A stretch of DNA of 64,000 bases from an uncultured Desulfurococcaceae archaeon (GTDB lineage: Archaea > Thermoproteota > Thermoprotei_A > Sulfolobales > NBVN01). The stretch is from positions 8,076 through 72,075 of the forward strand of contig CAZZLT010000012.1 in the NCBI GenBank assembly GCA_964655125.1, in the 5' to 3' direction. The translations under genes and the position numbers were made by a program. Every line of letters begins with the position of its first letter. Position 1 is the first letter of the stretch. The notes below the pieces were generated by a model that saw only the letters and a list, made by a program, of their open reading frames with translations, searched no databases and was not told where the DNA came from. Of the stretch, positions 62,678 through 64,000 are shown in pieces.

Positions 62678-63847
62678 GTGGTGTTGTTCTTGAAGATCCT
62701 CATATCAGAGTATGTGTTGAGTACGTATCAAGATGAATATCTCGACTTACTACCTGAAGCGTATGCTATGGTGATGACACTAACTAAGACTTTAAGTACT
62801 GCTGGTTGTACAGTATACTTAACTATTAGTAGTAAGGCTTCTAGAGTACCGTGGGGTGAGGTAGTAACTGTAGGGGGTGGGGATGATTACTACTACTTAC
62901 TTGAACGTTTGAGGGAGGACTTCGACTGGGTAGTACTTATAGCTCCTCCACTAGAACTCACTAGACTATCTAGGATAGTTGGTAGTAAGGTCTTAGGCCC
63001 ACCACATACGTTAGTAGAGGTCTTCTCAGATAAGTACGCTACCTACCTTGCTCTTAAGAGGTGTGGGATTAAGACACCTAAGACTATACTTGTAGAGGGC
63101 TTGCCTGACACTCTATGTCTAGATGATTTAAACCCACCCTACATAGTAAAACCAGTTCTCTCAGCTGGTTCTGAATGTGTTTACTTTATCAGAAGTAGGG
63201 GTGAGGTTTTAGAGTTTGTACGTAGGGTTATGAAGTGTGATCCTAGTAGTAGAGCTTTAGTACAAGAGTATGTGAGTGGGGTGCATGGGAGTATATCAGT
63301 TATTTATGGGAGGGATAACTACTTACTATACTCTCTAAACCTACAACTCATAGTCTTAAGTGAGGGTAGGCTTAAGTATATGGGTGGGGTACTACCTATT
63401 AGGAATTATGTGTTTAAGGAGAAGGCGGAGGAAGTCCTTAGTAAACTCTTTAATTGTTACCCGGAGCTTAGAGGTTATATAGGCTTAGATGTTGTGTGGG
63501 GTGGTGATGATATATACGTTATTGAAGTTAATCCTAGAACTACAACTTCAATTATCGGTATTTATGAGGTCTTCCCACAATTAGGTGAGTTCTTAGTTAG
63601 GTCTGTAAGTGATTATCAGGGTATGAGTAAACGTTACTTCTTAGGGGATCTCGTAAGTGATTACGCATACTTCCTCATACTAGGTAGGACAACCCCAACA
63701 CTTACTAGTGAGAGAAGTATTAGTGTAGAGGGTTCCCCCCATACTATCCTGGTTGGTAGGTCGAGGTTTAAGGATAGTGTTGTGGATAGGGTTATGGAGT
63801 TGTTATCTACGAATAAGTTAATGTATAGTCTTACTCAATCCCTCTAG
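62678..63847 (+). CDS. ATP-grasp ligase (MfnD-like tyramine-glutamate ligase candidate)
   Basis: YIVKPVLSAGSECVYFI, LVQEYVSG, YIGLDVVWGGDDIYVIEVNPRTTTS. The likely start is TTG at 62690 (MKILISEY). Confidence 0.5.
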   Translation: MVLFLKILISEYVLSTYQDEYLDLLPEAYAMVMTLTKTLSTAGCTVYLTISSKASRVPWGEVVTVGGGDDYYYLLERLREDFDWVVLIAPPLELTRLSRIVGSKVLGPPHTLVEVFSDKYATYLALKRCGIKTPKTILVEGLPDTLCLDDLNPPYIVKPVLSAGSECVYFIRSRGEVLEFVRRVMKCDPSSRALVQEYVSGVHGSISVIYGRDNYLLYSLNLQLIVLSEGRLKYMGGVLPIRNYVFKEKAEEVLSKLFNCYPELRGYIGLDVVWGGDDIYVIEVNPRTTTSIIGIYEVFPQLGEFLVRSVSDYQGMSKRYFLGDLVSDYAYFLILGRTTPTLTSERSISVEGSPHTILVGRSRFKDSVVDRVMELLSTNKLMYSLTQSL

Positions 63848-63892
63848 TAGTTTTAGTGTTATGAGTATAAAACTAAGGTGTTCCCTGTAGTA

Positions 63893-64000
63893 ATGGTGGT
63901 TAAACTGCCGATAATCATGTTAAGACCTGGGGATGTTAATGTAGAGTCTGAACGAGGTTCTACACTACTTCAAGTGGTTCAGAGGGTGGGGATACCTCTA
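63893..64000 (+). CDS. 5' end of an ORF running off the window; possibly a 2Fe-2S ferredoxin-type N-terminal domain
   Basis: My translation is MVVKLPIIMLRPGDVNVESERGSTLLQVVQRVGIPL. This is the beta-strand/'G.tLL....GI.l' pattern that precedes the Cys cluster in plant-type ferredoxin domains. The cluster itself is not in the window. Confidence 0.2.
   Translation, partial: MVVKLPIIMLRPGDVNVESERGSTLLQVVQRVGIPL

Noticed and set aside
35187-64000. Calling the organism a methanogen on the strength of the fwd/ftr/mch/mtrH/MFR/H4MPT genes.
   Set aside because: No mcrABG, mtrA-G, mer, hdr or F420-hydrogenase genes are in the window. The same genes occur in non-methanogenic H4MPT-using archaea. Taxonomy and physiology cannot be decided from this fragment.

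Overview
AT-rich archaeal chromosomal segment, densely coding on both strands. It shows TATA-like boxes about 25-32 nt upstream of mostly leaderless ATG/GTG/TTG starts, AGG/AGA-dominated Arg codons, and one GC-rich tRNA. Gene content in order:
- birA plus an ECF biotin transporter (bioY, fused ATPase, T component).
- An AmmeMemoRadiSam-type radical SAM enzyme.
- A PTPS-like gene and mfnA.
- A DUF2070-like membrane protein, a PfkB kinase and a ferritin-like protein.
- tRNA-Gly(CCC), followed by a gene-poor stretch with a decayed vapBC pair.
- A TauE/SafE permease, a KaiC-like ATPase, and a coiled-coil/nuclease-like gene with a DUF488 gene.
- A complete nine-gene A1Ao ATP synthase operon (H-I-K-E-C-F-A-B-D) with a duplicated, single-carboxylate proteolipid.
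- A GT2 glycosyltransferase, an FAD oxidoreductase and a DapA-family aldolase.
- A TIP49/RuvBL-like AAA+ gene bracketed by a 27-nt inverted repeat.
- A divergent Nramp-like transporter, a Zn-ADH, AOR plus a MoaD-like gene, and a HEPN-MNT pair.

From about 35 kb to the window end, one-carbon genes are concentrated over about 29 kb:
- A corrinoid methyl-transfer operon: MtrH-like, Zn core-MetE-like, Cys-less UroD-family, B12-binding protein and 4-OT.
- A translationally coupled ftr-fwdDB-fwdA-fwdC-mch operon.
- A run of tetrahydromethanopterin (H4MPT) and methanofuran biosynthesis genes: mptA, RFAP synthase, DHPS-like, DmrX-like, CitG-like, HisA-like, mfnB, MfnE/F/D-like, and RimK/CofE/ThyA-like. 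Uncharacterised genes are interleaved, including a divergent pair of paralogous nucleotidyltransferases, a DUF1464-like ASKHA protein and a wHTH-PfkB fusion.

I saw no rRNA, CRISPR array, transposase or integrase. The window contains no mcr, mtrA-G, mer/mtd or CODH/ACS genes.

The best candidate for an undescribed system is the 35.2-39.7 kb corrinoid operon. It reads as a split, H4MPT-linked MetH analogue and/or a methyl-X:H4MPT methyltransferase hub. All functional calls rest on motif recognition by eye. No database search was run.
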